Of a stretch of DNA of 36,244 bases, positions 7,663-16,969 are shown in pieces. The stretch lies in IMG/VR virus record IMGVR_UViG_3300043932_000292, positions 1 through 36,244 of that record; one strand, 5' to 3'. The DNA comes from a virus (lineage: Duplodnaviria; Caudoviricetes). Positions within the stretch are counted from its first letter, which is position 1. Each line of letters starts with the position of its first letter. Below the pieces are notes generated by a model. That model was not told the DNA's origin, did no database searches, and saw only the letters and a program-made list of their open reading frames with translations. Made by a program: the position numbers and the translations under genes.

Positions 7663-8507
7663 TTGAACTTTTAGATTGTGAATCTGTTCCAGAATCTCTG
7701 GAATCCGTGAACGAAACACCTGAAATCGTATCAGAAAGCCCCGAAAATGTGAACGATTCTTCCGAATCTGTTCCAGAAAGCACAGAATCCGAAGAAATGG
7801 AACAAGCCGAACCCTCTTCCTCTGATTGGGAAAATGCTTCCGGTGATGAGGAACATCCAGAAAATGAGGATTCAGAAAAACCGGAAGAAGAAATAAACGG
7901 AGATCCTCTTTCTATTCGCGGTCCGGACTTTGGACAAATTATCAGCACTGCAGACAATGTCTTAAATAACCTGGTATCTATGCTTCACGAAAAGAAACAG
8001 CGAGACGGAGAAATGACAATTAAAATCGGATTCGAAGATACAGATGGACTCGGCAGTTACATATTCAGCGGTTCGGTATCCGGAAAAATCAACTACAGCG
8101 TGAAACCTCAAAAAGTTATCGGGGATGCAGTAAAACTTCAGTTCGACGATTATGGTCGTCCGATCCTGCCTGCAGACCGAGAAAAGCAGCTCACCTTTGA
8201 TGATGTTTCGCAGGATAATTCTGCGGGAGCCACCGTCAAAACCGATCAGGATATGGTCGTCGAGTCAATCACTCCTGATAACGTTCCGGAATCCGACGAT
8301 TCTGAAAGCACGGAAAAGGATCCTGCAGAATGCGAACAATTCTTCTGTCCTTTCTATTCTCAGGACTGCGCCCACAGCTGCAACCAGTCAGAATTCGAAA
8401 ATCATCCCGATATGGTACGTGACGCCGTGGAATCCGAAGGCTGCCAGAACCCTGATTTATTAAAAATTTACAGCATGATTTCTAAGGAGGATATCAACAA
8501 TGAGTGA
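7659..8507 (+). CDS. Highly acidic hypothetical protein with a Cys-rich C-terminus
   Basis: ATG at 7659 (ATGA overlap, RBS GGAGG); E/S/D-rich N-terminus with 'ESVPES' twice. Confidence 0.75.
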   Translation: MIELLDCESVPESLESVNETPEIVSESPENVNDSSESVPESTESEEMEQAEPSSSDWENASGDEEHPENEDSEKPEEEINGDPLSIRGPDFGQIISTADNVLNNLVSMLHEKKQRDGEMTIKIGFEDTDGLGSYIFSGSVSGKINYSVKPQKVIGDAVKLQFDDYGRPILPADREKQLTFDDVSQDNSAGATVKTDQDMVVESITPDNVPESDDSESTEKDPAECEQFFCPFYSQDCAHSCNQSEFENHPDMVRDAVESEGCQNPDLLKIYSMISKEDINNE

Positions 8508-9294
8508 AACAACAAATAAGCCTGCAGTCCAGGTACAAAGCAATCCCGATATAAAATTAGACGGCAACGTCTTTTCCGGATGGCACGAATTTCAGGCAGC
8601 CGGAAAAATGGCGGCGGCTCTTTCCCAGAGTACCATTGTCCCGCGCGACTATCAGAATAACCCCGGCAACTGTCTGATTGCCCTTGATATGGCAAGCCGC
8701 ATGGGAACCAGTCCAATGATGGTCATGCAGAACTTATACATTGTAAATGGCCGTCCGGCATGGAGCAGTCAGTACATCATTGCTACGATCAACGCCAGCC
8801 ATAAATACAAGACTGAGCTCCAGTTCGATTTTAAGGGTGAAGGAGATAATCATTCCTGCACGGCATGGGTTGAGGATCACAACGGTCATCGTGTTGAAGG
8901 ACCTGAAATTACGATCCGTATGGCAAAGGACGAAGGCTGGTACGGAAAGAACGGCAGCAAGTGGAAAACCATGCCGGAAGTGATGCTTCGTTACCGCGCC
9001 GCTTCCTTCTTTGGCCGTATGAACTGCCCTGATATGATGATGGGAATCTACACTTCCGAAGAAGTCATTGAAATGTCCCCTGATCAATATTCGGATGTGG
9101 ACGAGGAAATCAAGCAAAAAGCCAACCAGCAGCCGCTTGATTTTGAGGTAGATAAGGAAACCGGAGAAGTTAAAGAACCGCAGCCAACTCCTTCGGAAGC
9201 ACCTGCTGAAGCAGTAAAGGAGCCCAAAAAAGAGCCGGAAAAAGAATCTGCTTCTACTAAAAACGGCCAGCAAGTATTTGATCCGGGGTTTTAA
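8500..9294 (+). CDS. RecT/Red-beta-like single-strand annealing protein
   Basis: 'IVPRDYQNNPGNCLIA', 'QNLYIVNGRPAWSS', 'KWKTMPEVMLRYRAASFFGR', 'GIYTSEE'. Confidence 0.8.
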   Translation: MSETTNKPAVQVQSNPDIKLDGNVFSGWHEFQAAGKMAAALSQSTIVPRDYQNNPGNCLIALDMASRMGTSPMMVMQNLYIVNGRPAWSSQYIIATINASHKYKTELQFDFKGEGDNHSCTAWVEDHNGHRVEGPEITIRMAKDEGWYGKNGSKWKTMPEVMLRYRAASFFGRMNCPDMMMGIYTSEEVIEMSPDQYSDVDEEIKQKANQQPLDFEVDKETGEVKEPQPTPSEAPAEAVKEPKKEPEKESASTKNGQQVFDPGF

Positions 9295-9296
9295 AA

Positions 9297-10007
9297 ATGA
9301 TTACAGTGCATTGCTTATCATCCGGTTCTTCCGGAAACAGCTATGCAGTCGATGACGGGGAGTCCGTACTTCTTTTAGAGGCGGGCATCCCCGCCCGGCG
9401 TATAGCCACAGGATATCTGAAACTCCTGCCGCGTGTATCCGGGTGCCTAATCACTCATGAGCACGGCGACCATGCCAAAGGCGCGGCAGAATTATCGGGC
9501 CGAGGAATTGACCTCTACATGACTGCCGGAACGCAGACAGCGCTTGGAGAATTCAAATACCCCTACCGCATTCACACAGTAAAGGCGCAGGAGCAGTTTT
9601 CGCTTGGATCATGGATTGTTTTACCCTTCGATACAGAACACGATGCAGCCGAACCTGTGGGCTTTTTATTAGCATCAAGTTTCACTCACGAAAAGCTGCT
9701 GTTCGCAACAGATACCTATTACATCAAATACCGCTTTAGCAATGTCAATGTGTTCATGGTCGAGTGCAATTACAGTCTTTCCATTCTGAAGAGAAACATC
9801 TCTAACGGAGGTGTCCCGGAGAATCAAAAAAGCCGGCTGCTGCACAGCCATTTCAGTTTGGAACATGTAATTGACTTTTTCAAACTGACAGACTTATCCG
9901 CTGCACAGAAAATTTATTTACTTCACGCAAGCGATCGCAACAGTGATCAGAAATTATTCAAAGACACTGTGCAGCGAGTGACCGGAGTTCCGACAAAAGT
10001 TTTGTAG
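9297..10007 (+). CDS. MBL-fold metallo-hydrolase (putative exonuclease)
   Basis: 'SGSSGN', 'THEHGDH', 'HDA', 'TDT', 'ECNY'. Confidence 0.9.
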   Translation: MITVHCLSSGSSGNSYAVDDGESVLLLEAGIPARRIATGYLKLLPRVSGCLITHEHGDHAKGAAELSGRGIDLYMTAGTQTALGEFKYPYRIHTVKAQEQFSLGSWIVLPFDTEHDAAEPVGFLLASSFTHEKLLFATDTYYIKYRFSNVNVFMVECNYSLSILKRNISNGGVPENQKSRLLHSHFSLEHVIDFFKLTDLSAAQKIYLLHASDRNSDQKLFKDTVQRVTGVPTKVL

Positions 10008-10014
10008 AAAGGAT

Positions 10015-11037
10015 GTGCATCTTAATATGCTGAATAGTATATGGATCGAACTGCACCAGGAGATGCCCCGCCATCCGAAGACTCTTGCTCTTGCGCAGGC
10101 TCTTAAGGTCAGCCGGCATGAAGCAGTCGGAATTCTAGCCGACCTATGGACATGGGGCCTCAGCTGCGCCGGCGACGACGGCAGCCTAAAGAGTGTGACC
10201 GATATGGGAATTGCCATGGCCGTTGACTGGCCGACCAGGAAGGCCAAAGCGTTAGCGGATTCCCTGGTTTCCGTCGGGTGGCTGGATCGTGACGAGGAAG
10301 GCGGATATTTTCTGCATGACTGGGACGATTATACCGGGCGTCTCAACGACTTACGGGAAATAAAAAGGCAGCAGTCGCGTGAACGTCAGAAGCGCTACAG
10401 AGAAAAATTATCCCAAAATAAAAAGTGTGACAATGATGAAAAAGAGACGGACGATTCTCATAAACATAACGCAGAGGATTGTAACAGTAACGCAAACGTA
10501 ACGCGTTACAAACGCGTTAATAACGCACCTAACCATAACCAAACCATAACCGAACCTAACCGTAACCTAACCAAACCAATATCCTACGGTAGTAATATCT
10601 GTCAGTCTAGTCTTGTCTCTCCAACAGGGGCAAAGGAAGCGTTACGTTTTGACGTGACGGACGAGACGGATATTTCCGATCCGGATGTTGTTTTGTCAGG
10701 AATACGGGGTCGTGTGGAATATGACACCCTGATTACCCGTTATGACCGCGAAGAGGTTGATGAAGTGATCAATGTCATGGTGGACGCCATCTGCAATCAA
10801 ACTGCTACCACGCGGTTAGGCGGCGGAGAAGTTCCTCAGAAGCTGGTGCGTCAACGCATGCTGTCCCTTGAGTTTCAGCACCTAGTCTATGTTCTCGACA
10901 ATCGCGGAAAAAGTCAAAAGCCGGTCAAAAACATCAAGCGGTATCTGCTTGCAATGCTGTATAATTCCGTTTCTTCCTGCGCCAACAGTGAAGCTGCACT
11001 CTATGAGCACGAGGAAAAGAACTGCCATGTATCATGA
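10015..11037 (+). CDS. Replication initiator (N-terminal wHTH, C-terminal DUF6017-like domain)
   Basis: 'HPKTLALA', 'LHDWDDY', 'RERQKRYR', repetitive linker, C-terminal 'VKNIKRYLLAMLYNS'; start may be 10027. Confidence 0.8.
   Translation: MHLNMLNSIWIELHQEMPRHPKTLALAQALKVSRHEAVGILADLWTWGLSCAGDDGSLKSVTDMGIAMAVDWPTRKAKALADSLVSVGWLDRDEEGGYFLHDWDDYTGRLNDLREIKRQQSRERQKRYREKLSQNKKCDNDEKETDDSHKHNAEDCNSNANVTRYKRVNNAPNHNQTITEPNRNLTKPISYGSNICQSSLVSPTGAKEALRFDVTDETDISDPDVVLSGIRGRVEYDTLITRYDREEVDEVINVMVDAICNQTATTRLGGGEVPQKLVRQRMLSLEFQHLVYVLDNRGKSQKPVKNIKRYLLAMLYNSVSSCANSEAALYEHEEKNCHVS
10467..10577. repeat. Putative replication origin (iterons) within the initiator gene
   Basis: TAACGC x4, palindromes GTAACGCGTTAC and AACGCGTT, then a run of AACC repeats at 5-6 bp period. 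Confidence 0.65.
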
Positions 11038-11242
11038 CACGCCGGCAGAAACCGGACTACTCCTGGAACACAGCCCATATGGATTTCGGGTCAATATCAA
11101 CCACCCGGCCGTCCTGCCGCTGTATAAGCGCTACAAACGCTGGAAGGGGATTGCAGACTGGTGTCCTCTCTCTGACAGCGAACGGCTGGATTTTGAAAAA
11201 TACATACTGCCAAAATTGGAGGTTATGAAAAATGAGTCTTGA
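11027..11242 (+). CDS. Hypothetical phage protein (71 aa)
   Basis: ATG at 11027 after GAGGA; MYHDTPAETG... Confidence 0.6.
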   Translation: MYHDTPAETGLLLEHSPYGFRVNINHPAVLPLYKRYKRWKGIADWCPLSDSERLDFEKYILPKLEVMKNES

Positions 11243-11435
11243 TTACCATACACTCCCTGTTGAAAGACTTCAGCACCGCATTGATAGTCTCAAAGAAACG
11301 CTCAATTTTAATCGGCAACTTGGAAAAAAGGACTCGGTATCCGCTGCAAATTCAGAAATTGAAATCATTCAGGCAGAACTCCTACGGCGCAAAAAAGAAA
11401 TGCAAAATGGGAGGATTACATATGCCAATCATTAA
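11232..11435 (+). CDS. Hypothetical coiled-coil protein
   Basis: RBS GGAGG; packed between its neighbours. Confidence 0.6.
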   Translation: MSLDYHTLPVERLQHRIDSLKETLNFNRQLGKKDSVSAANSEIEIIQAELLRRKKEMQNGRITYANH

Positions 11436-11853
11436 ATTTTCTATCCCGGGACCTCCGGTCGGAAAAGCTCGCCCCCGGGTCGTCCGAATGAAAAACGGTC
11501 ACAGCATGAGCTTCACTCCGGATAAGACGGTGGCCTATGAAGAATTAGTGCGACTTCGTTTTAAAGAGTCACTTCGAAGTTGTGATTTTCAACCGCTGGA
11601 AGGCGCACTGTTTATTAAAATCTTTGCCGGATATCCGGTCCCAAAGAGTGCAAGCAAGAAGCATAAAACGGCCATGCTGGCCGGAATGGAACATCCAACA
11701 AAGAAGCCGGACTGGGACAACATCGGGAAAATCGTCTGTGATGCCCTTAACGGAATTGCTTACAAGGACGATTCTCAAATTGTAGAGTCTCAAATGAGAA
11801 AGCGGTACATAAATGGACCGGGAATTGTAGAAGTTTGGATTTCGAATTTATAA
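11422..11853 (+). CDS. rusA: RusA-family Holliday junction resolvase
   Basis: 'GKARPR', 'KPDWDNIGKIVCDALNGIAYKDDSQIV'; ATG at 11422 with GGAGG. Confidence 0.92.
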   Translation: MPIIKFSIPGPPVGKARPRVVRMKNGHSMSFTPDKTVAYEELVRLRFKESLRSCDFQPLEGALFIKIFAGYPVPKSASKKHKTAMLAGMEHPTKKPDWDNIGKIVCDALNGIAYKDDSQIVESQMRKRYINGPGIVEVWISNL

Positions 11854-11888
11854 TAAAATCACCAATAGTTCAGGGAGGAATGTTTTGA

Positions 11889-12401
11889 ATGGAACCAATG
11901 ACGCCAGATCAGATCAAGAAACTTTTGCAAAAATATTACGACATTCCTCAAATGATTGATGAAGAATTAGCTACGATCCGGCACTGTCAGGAAGAGCGCG
12001 GAAAGTTTTCTCTTTCCTCCCCTATCCTCTCTGGACTGCCGACCGGAAAAGGCAGCACCAGCGATCAAACTGCAAACGCAGCCATGCGGGATAATACCGT
12101 CTATTTTGACCGGCAGATTGAATCCTGTCAAAAGCGCATCTCTCGCCTGCAGGAACAGCAGGACTGGTGTCGAGTGGCATTAGGAACATTGGGACTGACA
12201 GAAAGGCGAATCTTAGCGCTGGCTTATTTAGACCCTAAAGATCCAGATGCACGAAAAATGTGGACACGCCGGCCGCCGTGGAAGGAAATCGCCGATAAAG
12301 TCGGATACAGTGAAAGTCAGACTTACGATATTGCTAGAAAAATCATTCAAGAATTATCGGATCTATCTCCTCAGGAGGTATTCAGCTGGAGCAGTCGCTA
12401 A
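11889..12401 (+). CDS. ArpU/RinA-like late-transcription activator
   Basis: Last early gene; C-terminal sigma4-like HTH 'WKEIADKVGYSESQ'. Confidence 0.8.
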   Translation: MEPMTPDQIKKLLQKYYDIPQMIDEELATIRHCQEERGKFSLSSPILSGLPTGKGSTSDQTANAAMRDNTVYFDRQIESCQKRISRLQEQQDWCRVALGTLGLTERRILALAYLDPKDPDARKMWTRRPPWKEIADKVGYSESQTYDIARKIIQELSDLSPQEVFSWSSR

Positions 12402-12405
12402 AAAG

Positions 12406-12479
12406 CCGGAGTTTTCCGGAGTAAATCGGAGTAAACCGGAGCTTTCCGGAGCGCACCGGAGAAAAATATGTGCTAACAT
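12406..12479 (+). promoter_or_regulatory. Late promoter: six 10-bp phased (C/T)CGGAG repeats plus extended -10
   Basis: Repeats at 12406, 12416, 12426, 12436, 12446 and 12456, followed by TGcTAACAT; no -35 hexamer. Confidence 0.75.
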
Positions 12480-12497
12480 ATAATTACGGAATTTCGC

Positions 12498-12530
12498 AGA
12501 GAGGGGCTTTCAAAAGAAGCTCCTTTTTCT
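12498..12530 (+). terminator. Hairpin/terminator-like element between the early and late regions
   Basis: GAGGGGCTT pairs with AAGCTCCTT, followed by T residues. Confidence 0.45.
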
Positions 12531-12582
12531 ATACCGTTTTTAGTGCAGGCCATGCGGGTCTCTGACAAAAAGGAGATTACAC

Positions 12583-13338
12583 ATGGAAAACTATATCAAT
12601 CATATTTTTAACGAAGACTGCATTGCCGGAATGCACCGGCTACCCGATCACAGTGTAGACATGATCCTCACCGATCTCCCATATGGAATCACGGGGTGCC
12701 GCTGGGACAACCTCTTACCGTTTGATCAGCTATGGGAGCAATATCTCAGAATTATCAAAGATCACGGTGCAATTTGTCTAACCGGGTGCCAGCCTTTCAC
12801 GACACAGCTTATCAGCAGTCAACCAAAACTTTTCCGATATTGCTGGTACTGGTACAAAAATCAACCGACCGGATTCGCCAACGCAAAAAGAATGCCCCTG
12901 CGGTGTATTGAAGAAGTGTGTGTATTTTACAAGCACCTCCCCACCTACAATCCACAGGGACTAATTATTCTGGACAAACCAGTCAAAAGAAATGGTAAAA
13001 AGGTTCCCGCCCATGGAGATTCTGTTTACCGTATGGACAACAGCCTATCTCATGACACAGAAACCTGCTTCGTACATTATCCGCGTCAGCTATTGGAAAT
13101 CAAGTGCGAGCGCGGCCTACACCCAACCCAAAAGCCGGTAGCGCTATTTGACTACCTGATTAGAACCTACACGAACCCTGGTGAACTCGTCCTCGACAGC
13201 TGCTGCGGCAGCGGAACGACTGCGGTCGCCTGCAAACAATCCGAACGGAATTATGTGTGCTGGGAATTTGACCGGCAGTATTATCAAGTGGCAGTTAACC
13301 GTATAAGCAAGTCATTACCGACCACTGGGATAGCATAA
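12583..13338 (+). CDS. Orphan N6-adenine/N4-cytosine DNA methyltransferase (beta class)
   Basis: 'TDLPY' catalytic motif precedes 'HPTQKP' and the SAM-binding motif 'LDSCCGSGTT'. Confidence 0.92.
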   Translation: MENYINHIFNEDCIAGMHRLPDHSVDMILTDLPYGITGCRWDNLLPFDQLWEQYLRIIKDHGAICLTGCQPFTTQLISSQPKLFRYCWYWYKNQPTGFANAKRMPLRCIEEVCVFYKHLPTYNPQGLIILDKPVKRNGKKVPAHGDSVYRMDNSLSHDTETCFVHYPRQLLEIKCERGLHPTQKPVALFDYLIRTYTNPGELVLDSCCGSGTTAVACKQSERNYVCWEFDRQYYQVAVNRISKSLPTTGIA

Positions 13339-13381
13339 GTCTCAGGGCATTTGTTTTTGTCCGATATTCTTGATCGACGTA

Positions 13382-13410
13382 TTGACAAGTATGGAAAATA
13401 TCCATATAAT
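13382..13410 (+). promoter_or_regulatory. sigmaA promoter of a moron, with a palindrome in the spacer
   Basis: TTGACA-17-TATAAT; TATGGA-N5-TCCATA at 13390-13406. Confidence 0.85.
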
Positions 13411-13460
13411 CCAGATGTAGAAAAAGCGCCAAATGATTTTGAAAAGGAGTATGGTATTAC

Positions 13461-13619
13461 ATGGGCAGAAATAACGTAAATGTAAAGGGACTTCCCTCAA
13501 AGCATCCGGATGCCGTACTTAATTTTCCTGAAACTGATCCGAAAGAGATTGATGAAAAAATTCGTCAATTAGAAAAAGAATGTGAAAAATTAACAGACTG
13601 GCCAAACCCGGATAAGTAA
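13461..13619 (+). CDS. Un-called 52-aa moron protein
   Basis: RBS AAGGAG; MGRNNVNVKGLPSKHPDAVLNFPETDPKEIDEKIRQLEKECEKLTDWPNPDK*; has its own promoter and terminator. Confidence 0.7.
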   Translation: MGRNNVNVKGLPSKHPDAVLNFPETDPKEIDEKIRQLEKECEKLTDWPNPDK

Positions 13620-13620
13620 A

Positions 13621-13652
13621 CCACCCACCAAACGGCTGGGTGGTATTTTTAT
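13621..13652 (+). terminator. Intrinsic terminator (copy 1 of a 32-nt element)
   Basis: CCACCC/GGGTGG stem plus TATTTTT. Confidence 0.75.
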
Positions 13653-13676
13653 ACTCATTTTTAAGGAGGTGGCACC

Positions 13677-13919
13677 ATGCTGCCATGTAACAATTGTCCG
13701 CAGAATAACACAATAAAGACCGGGTGTCCAGCATGTGCCCTCCCCTATTGCCCGCTGAGTCCTTACCACCGCAAGGAACTGGATAAGCAGATACGCAATC
13801 TTGAGTGTCTTCCCCATCGCTCGATTCAGCAGGAAGCTGATCTTCGCCGCCTTCGGGCACAATGGGCTACTGACTTGATGCTGATTGGTCAGCGTCCTCC
13901 GGGTGGTGAGATAACATGA
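13677..13919 (+). CDS. Hypothetical protein with a Cys-rich N-terminus
   Basis: RBS AAGGAGGTG; CxxC...CxxC; ATGA overlap with terS. Confidence 0.7.
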   Translation: MLPCNNCPQNNTIKTGCPACALPYCPLSPYHRKELDKQIRNLECLPHRSIQQEADLRRLRAQWATDLMLIGQRPPGGEIT

Positions 13920-14389
13920 AATTAACGGAAAAACAAAAACGGTTCATTGATTTCTTTATTGAGACTGGCAATCAAACAGAAGCTGCACGGAGAGCAGGTT
14001 ATAAAAAGCCGCAGGTTCAGGGTGCACAAAACTTAGAGAAACTTAGAGATCCAATTAATGAGCGTTTAACTGAATTGGAGGATCATCGGATTGCTAAAGC
14101 AGATGAGGTTTTGAAAACACTGACCCGAGTACTACGGAGAGAAGAAAAAGAAACAGTAGTGGTAACCTGTAAAAGCCGCCGCAGTTATTATGATGATAAC
14201 GGGAAAAAGGTTATTGAGGAAGCCGAAGCTCCACAGGCAATCGAAATTCCAACACAAATCAGGGATGTCAATAAGGCAGCAGAACTACTTGGAAAACGTT
14301 ATTGCCTTTATACAGATAAGCTGGATATTTCCGGAGAAACATCCGTAAAAATTGTGGACGATCTTGAAGATGAGCAACATGATAGTTAA
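13916..14389 (+). CDS. terS: Terminase small subunit
   Basis: 'LTEKQKRF...GNQTEAARRAGY', 'KAAELLGKRY'. Confidence 0.92.
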   Translation: MKLTEKQKRFIDFFIETGNQTEAARRAGYKKPQVQGAQNLEKLRDPINERLTELEDHRIAKADEVLKTLTRVLRREEKETVVVTCKSRRSYYDDNGKKVIEEAEAPQAIEIPTQIRDVNKAAELLGKRYCLYTDKLDISGETSVKIVDDLEDEQHDS

Positions 14390-15638
14390 ACTGTCTGATT
14401 TAATTGCTCCTGTGTTTTGGCCGGTTCATAATTCCATAAAAGGACACAAATATACGCACTACTGGCTCCCCGGAGGTCGTGCTTCTGCAAAGTCTTCCTA
14501 TGTCTCAGTTGAAATAATTACCGGAATCATGCGCTCTAAAGAAGCAAACGCTATTGTTTATCGGAAAGTTGCCAACACGTTAAAGAATTCTGTGGTCTCA
14601 CAATGCAGGTGGGCAATCGATATGCTGGGTGTATCAAAATACTGGGAATATCATAAAAGCCCGTATGAACTCATTTATAAACCTACAGGCCAACGAGTAT
14701 TATTCAGCGGCGCAGACGATCCGGAAAAGAGTAAAGGAATAAAATTAGCACATGGATATTTCGCTTATGTATGGTTTGAAGAACTTACCGAGTTTTCTGG
14801 GCTAGATGAAATTGAAACAATCATTCGATCTTTGATGCGTGGAAATTATCACACCTCCGTGATTTACACTTACAACCCTCCAAAGAGCATTAATAATTGG
14901 GTGAATGCAGAGTGCCTTATTCCCCACTCTAACCGGTTAATAAAGCGCAGCACTTATCTAGATGTCCCGCAGGATTGGTTAGGGGAACAATTCCTTGCAG
15001 AAGCTAGAGCCACCGAAAGTCAAAACCCATTGAAATATCGATGGGCTTATTTAGGAGAAGCCACAGGAACAGGCGGAACTGTATTTGATAATCTTACTCT
15101 TAGAGAGATCACTCAGGAAGAAAGAAAACATTTTTCAAAATTACACGACGGATTAGATGTTGGTTATGCAACAGATCCAAATGCTTATGTGGTGAATAAT
15201 TATGAAGCCTCTTTAAAGAAGCTTTATATTTTTGACGAATTTTATGGTCAGCACGCAAGTTATGATAGATTAGCTGAAGAAATCCGAAAACGTAATGCCA
15301 ATAGGAGAATCGTAATCATAGATAGTGCCGATGGAGGCCGATCGGTTGATGAACTAAATAGCCGCAATGTGCGTGCTACTGGTGCGCGAAAAGGTCCAGG
15401 AAGCGTTGAACATGGAATCCATTGGTTACAAGACCTAAATGAAATTATTATCGATCCAGTCACTTGCCCTAATACAGCCCGTGAATTTTCCGGATATGAG
15501 TATGAACTCGACAGGTGGGGAAATTTTAAGGCGTCTTTTCCGGATGCAGATAATCATAGTATTGACGCCACTCGATATTCTTTGGAACCAGTTAGCGGTT
15601 CTGGAGTACAGGTAAAATTATTCAAAGGAGGATTATAA
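14370..15638 (+). CDS. terL: Terminase large subunit, PBSX family
   Basis: 'GGRASAKS', 'WFEE', 'TYNPP', 'GLDVGY..DP', 'DNHSIDATRY'; start 14370 or 14379. Confidence 0.95.
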   Translation: MSNMIVKLSDLIAPVFWPVHNSIKGHKYTHYWLPGGRASAKSSYVSVEIITGIMRSKEANAIVYRKVANTLKNSVVSQCRWAIDMLGVSKYWEYHKSPYELIYKPTGQRVLFSGADDPEKSKGIKLAHGYFAYVWFEELTEFSGLDEIETIIRSLMRGNYHTSVIYTYNPPKSINNWVNAECLIPHSNRLIKRSTYLDVPQDWLGEQFLAEARATESQNPLKYRWAYLGEATGTGGTVFDNLTLREITQEERKHFSKLHDGLDVGYATDPNAYVVNNYEASLKKLYIFDEFYGQHASYDRLAEEIRKRNANRRIVIIDSADGGRSVDELNSRNVRATGARKGPGSVEHGIHWLQDLNEIIIDPVTCPNTAREFSGYEYELDRWGNFKASFPDADNHSIDATRYSLEPVSGSGVQVKLFKGGL

Positions 15639-16969
15639 TGCAGAATATTTATATTGACAGAATGTTTGTTGCCCCTTCTGATACGGAAATGACACCAGAC
15701 TTATTATCTCAGTACATACGCAAACATAAAACGCTGCTTGAAAGATACACTAAGCTAAAAAATCAATACAATACCAATCCTCCGATCTTGAGCCAGACCA
15801 ACAAAGCAGCCTATAAACCTGATAACAGGCTTGTAGTGAACTATGCAAAGTATATCGTTGATACTTTAAACGGATTCTTTATTGGAATTCCAATTAAGCT
15901 CTCACATGACAATCAGACCATCAATGATTATCTGGAATTTGTAGATCAATACAACGATCAGGATGATAATAACGCAGAGCTTTCCAAGTTGTGCTCAATT
16001 TACGGAAATGCTTATGAATTGATCTTTGCAGATGAATCTGGACAAGCTGGACTTACCTATCTTTCCCCTGAAGAGGCCTTCGTAATTTACGACGACAGCA
16101 TTGTGAGGCGTCCCCTGTTTGGAGTGAGATATTATAAGGACCCAGATAATGTAGAACGTGGATCATTTTCCACTGCAGATAAGATTCAGTATTTTCATGA
16201 TGACGGCGGCTATCAGTTTGATGATGAGGTACTGCATTATTTTGGAGATATCCCATTAATCGAATATATGGAAAACGAAGAACGCAGCGGTGCATTTGAA
16301 GGCGTTGAAACATTAATCAATGCCCATAATAAAGCCTTATCTGAAAAAGCAAACGACGTGGATTATTACGCTGATGCTTATATGAAAATCATAGGTCCTA
16401 CTCTAGACGATAATACACTGAATACTCTCCGGGATAATCGGATCATTAATCTTTCCTGTAACGATCCTTCTCAGGTCACAGTAGACTTTATGCAAAAGCC
16501 TGATGCAGACGGCACGCAGGAAAATCTGATTGAACGTCTTGAAAATTTAATCTTTCAGATATCAATGGTAGCAAATATCAATGATAAAGATTTTGGGAAC
16601 GCCTCTGGAGTTAGTTTAAAGTATAAGCTGCAGTCTATGTTTAATCTTGCAAAAACCAAAGAAAGAAAATTTGTAAGCGGTATGAACAGGAGATATAAAA
16701 TGCTTTCACATTTTCCAGGTTCTAAAATGGGAGAAGATGACTGGATGGGAATTCATTATCAGTTCACCCGCAATATTCCCTCAAATCTACTTGAAGAGAG
16801 CCAAATTGCTGGAAATCTCGCTGGAATCACCAGTGAAGAAACTCAGCTAAAAGTTCTTTCCTGCGTTGATAACGTCAAAGAAGAAATCCAGAAAAAGCAA
16901 GAAGAAACTCAATCTTCCGCAGACAGTTTTAAACGGACGGATGTGACTGAAAATGCCATTGAAAAGTAA
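15638..16969 (+). CDS. Portal protein, SPP1 gp6 type
   Basis: 'NRLVVNYAKYIVD...FFIGIP', 'GNASGVSLKYKL'. Confidence 0.93.
   Translation: MQNIYIDRMFVAPSDTEMTPDLLSQYIRKHKTLLERYTKLKNQYNTNPPILSQTNKAAYKPDNRLVVNYAKYIVDTLNGFFIGIPIKLSHDNQTINDYLEFVDQYNDQDDNNAELSKLCSIYGNAYELIFADESGQAGLTYLSPEEAFVIYDDSIVRRPLFGVRYYKDPDNVERGSFSTADKIQYFHDDGGYQFDDEVLHYFGDIPLIEYMENEERSGAFEGVETLINAHNKALSEKANDVDYYADAYMKIIGPTLDDNTLNTLRDNRIINLSCNDPSQVTVDFMQKPDADGTQENLIERLENLIFQISMVANINDKDFGNASGVSLKYKLQSMFNLAKTKERKFVSGMNRRYKMLSHFPGSKMGEDDWMGIHYQFTRNIPSNLLEESQIAGNLAGITSEETQLKVLSCVDNVKEEIQKKQEETQSSADSFKRTDVTENAIEK

Noticed and set aside
12406-12461. CRISPR-like repeats
   Set aside because: 10-bp period with no spacers; better explained as activator binding sites
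12583-13338. Restriction-modification system
   Set aside because: No adjacent endonuclease gene; an orphan phage methyltransferase is ordinary
13519-13862. Minus-strand ORFs of 113 and 90 aa
   Set aside because: Antisense to plus-strand genes that have promoter, RBS and terminator support
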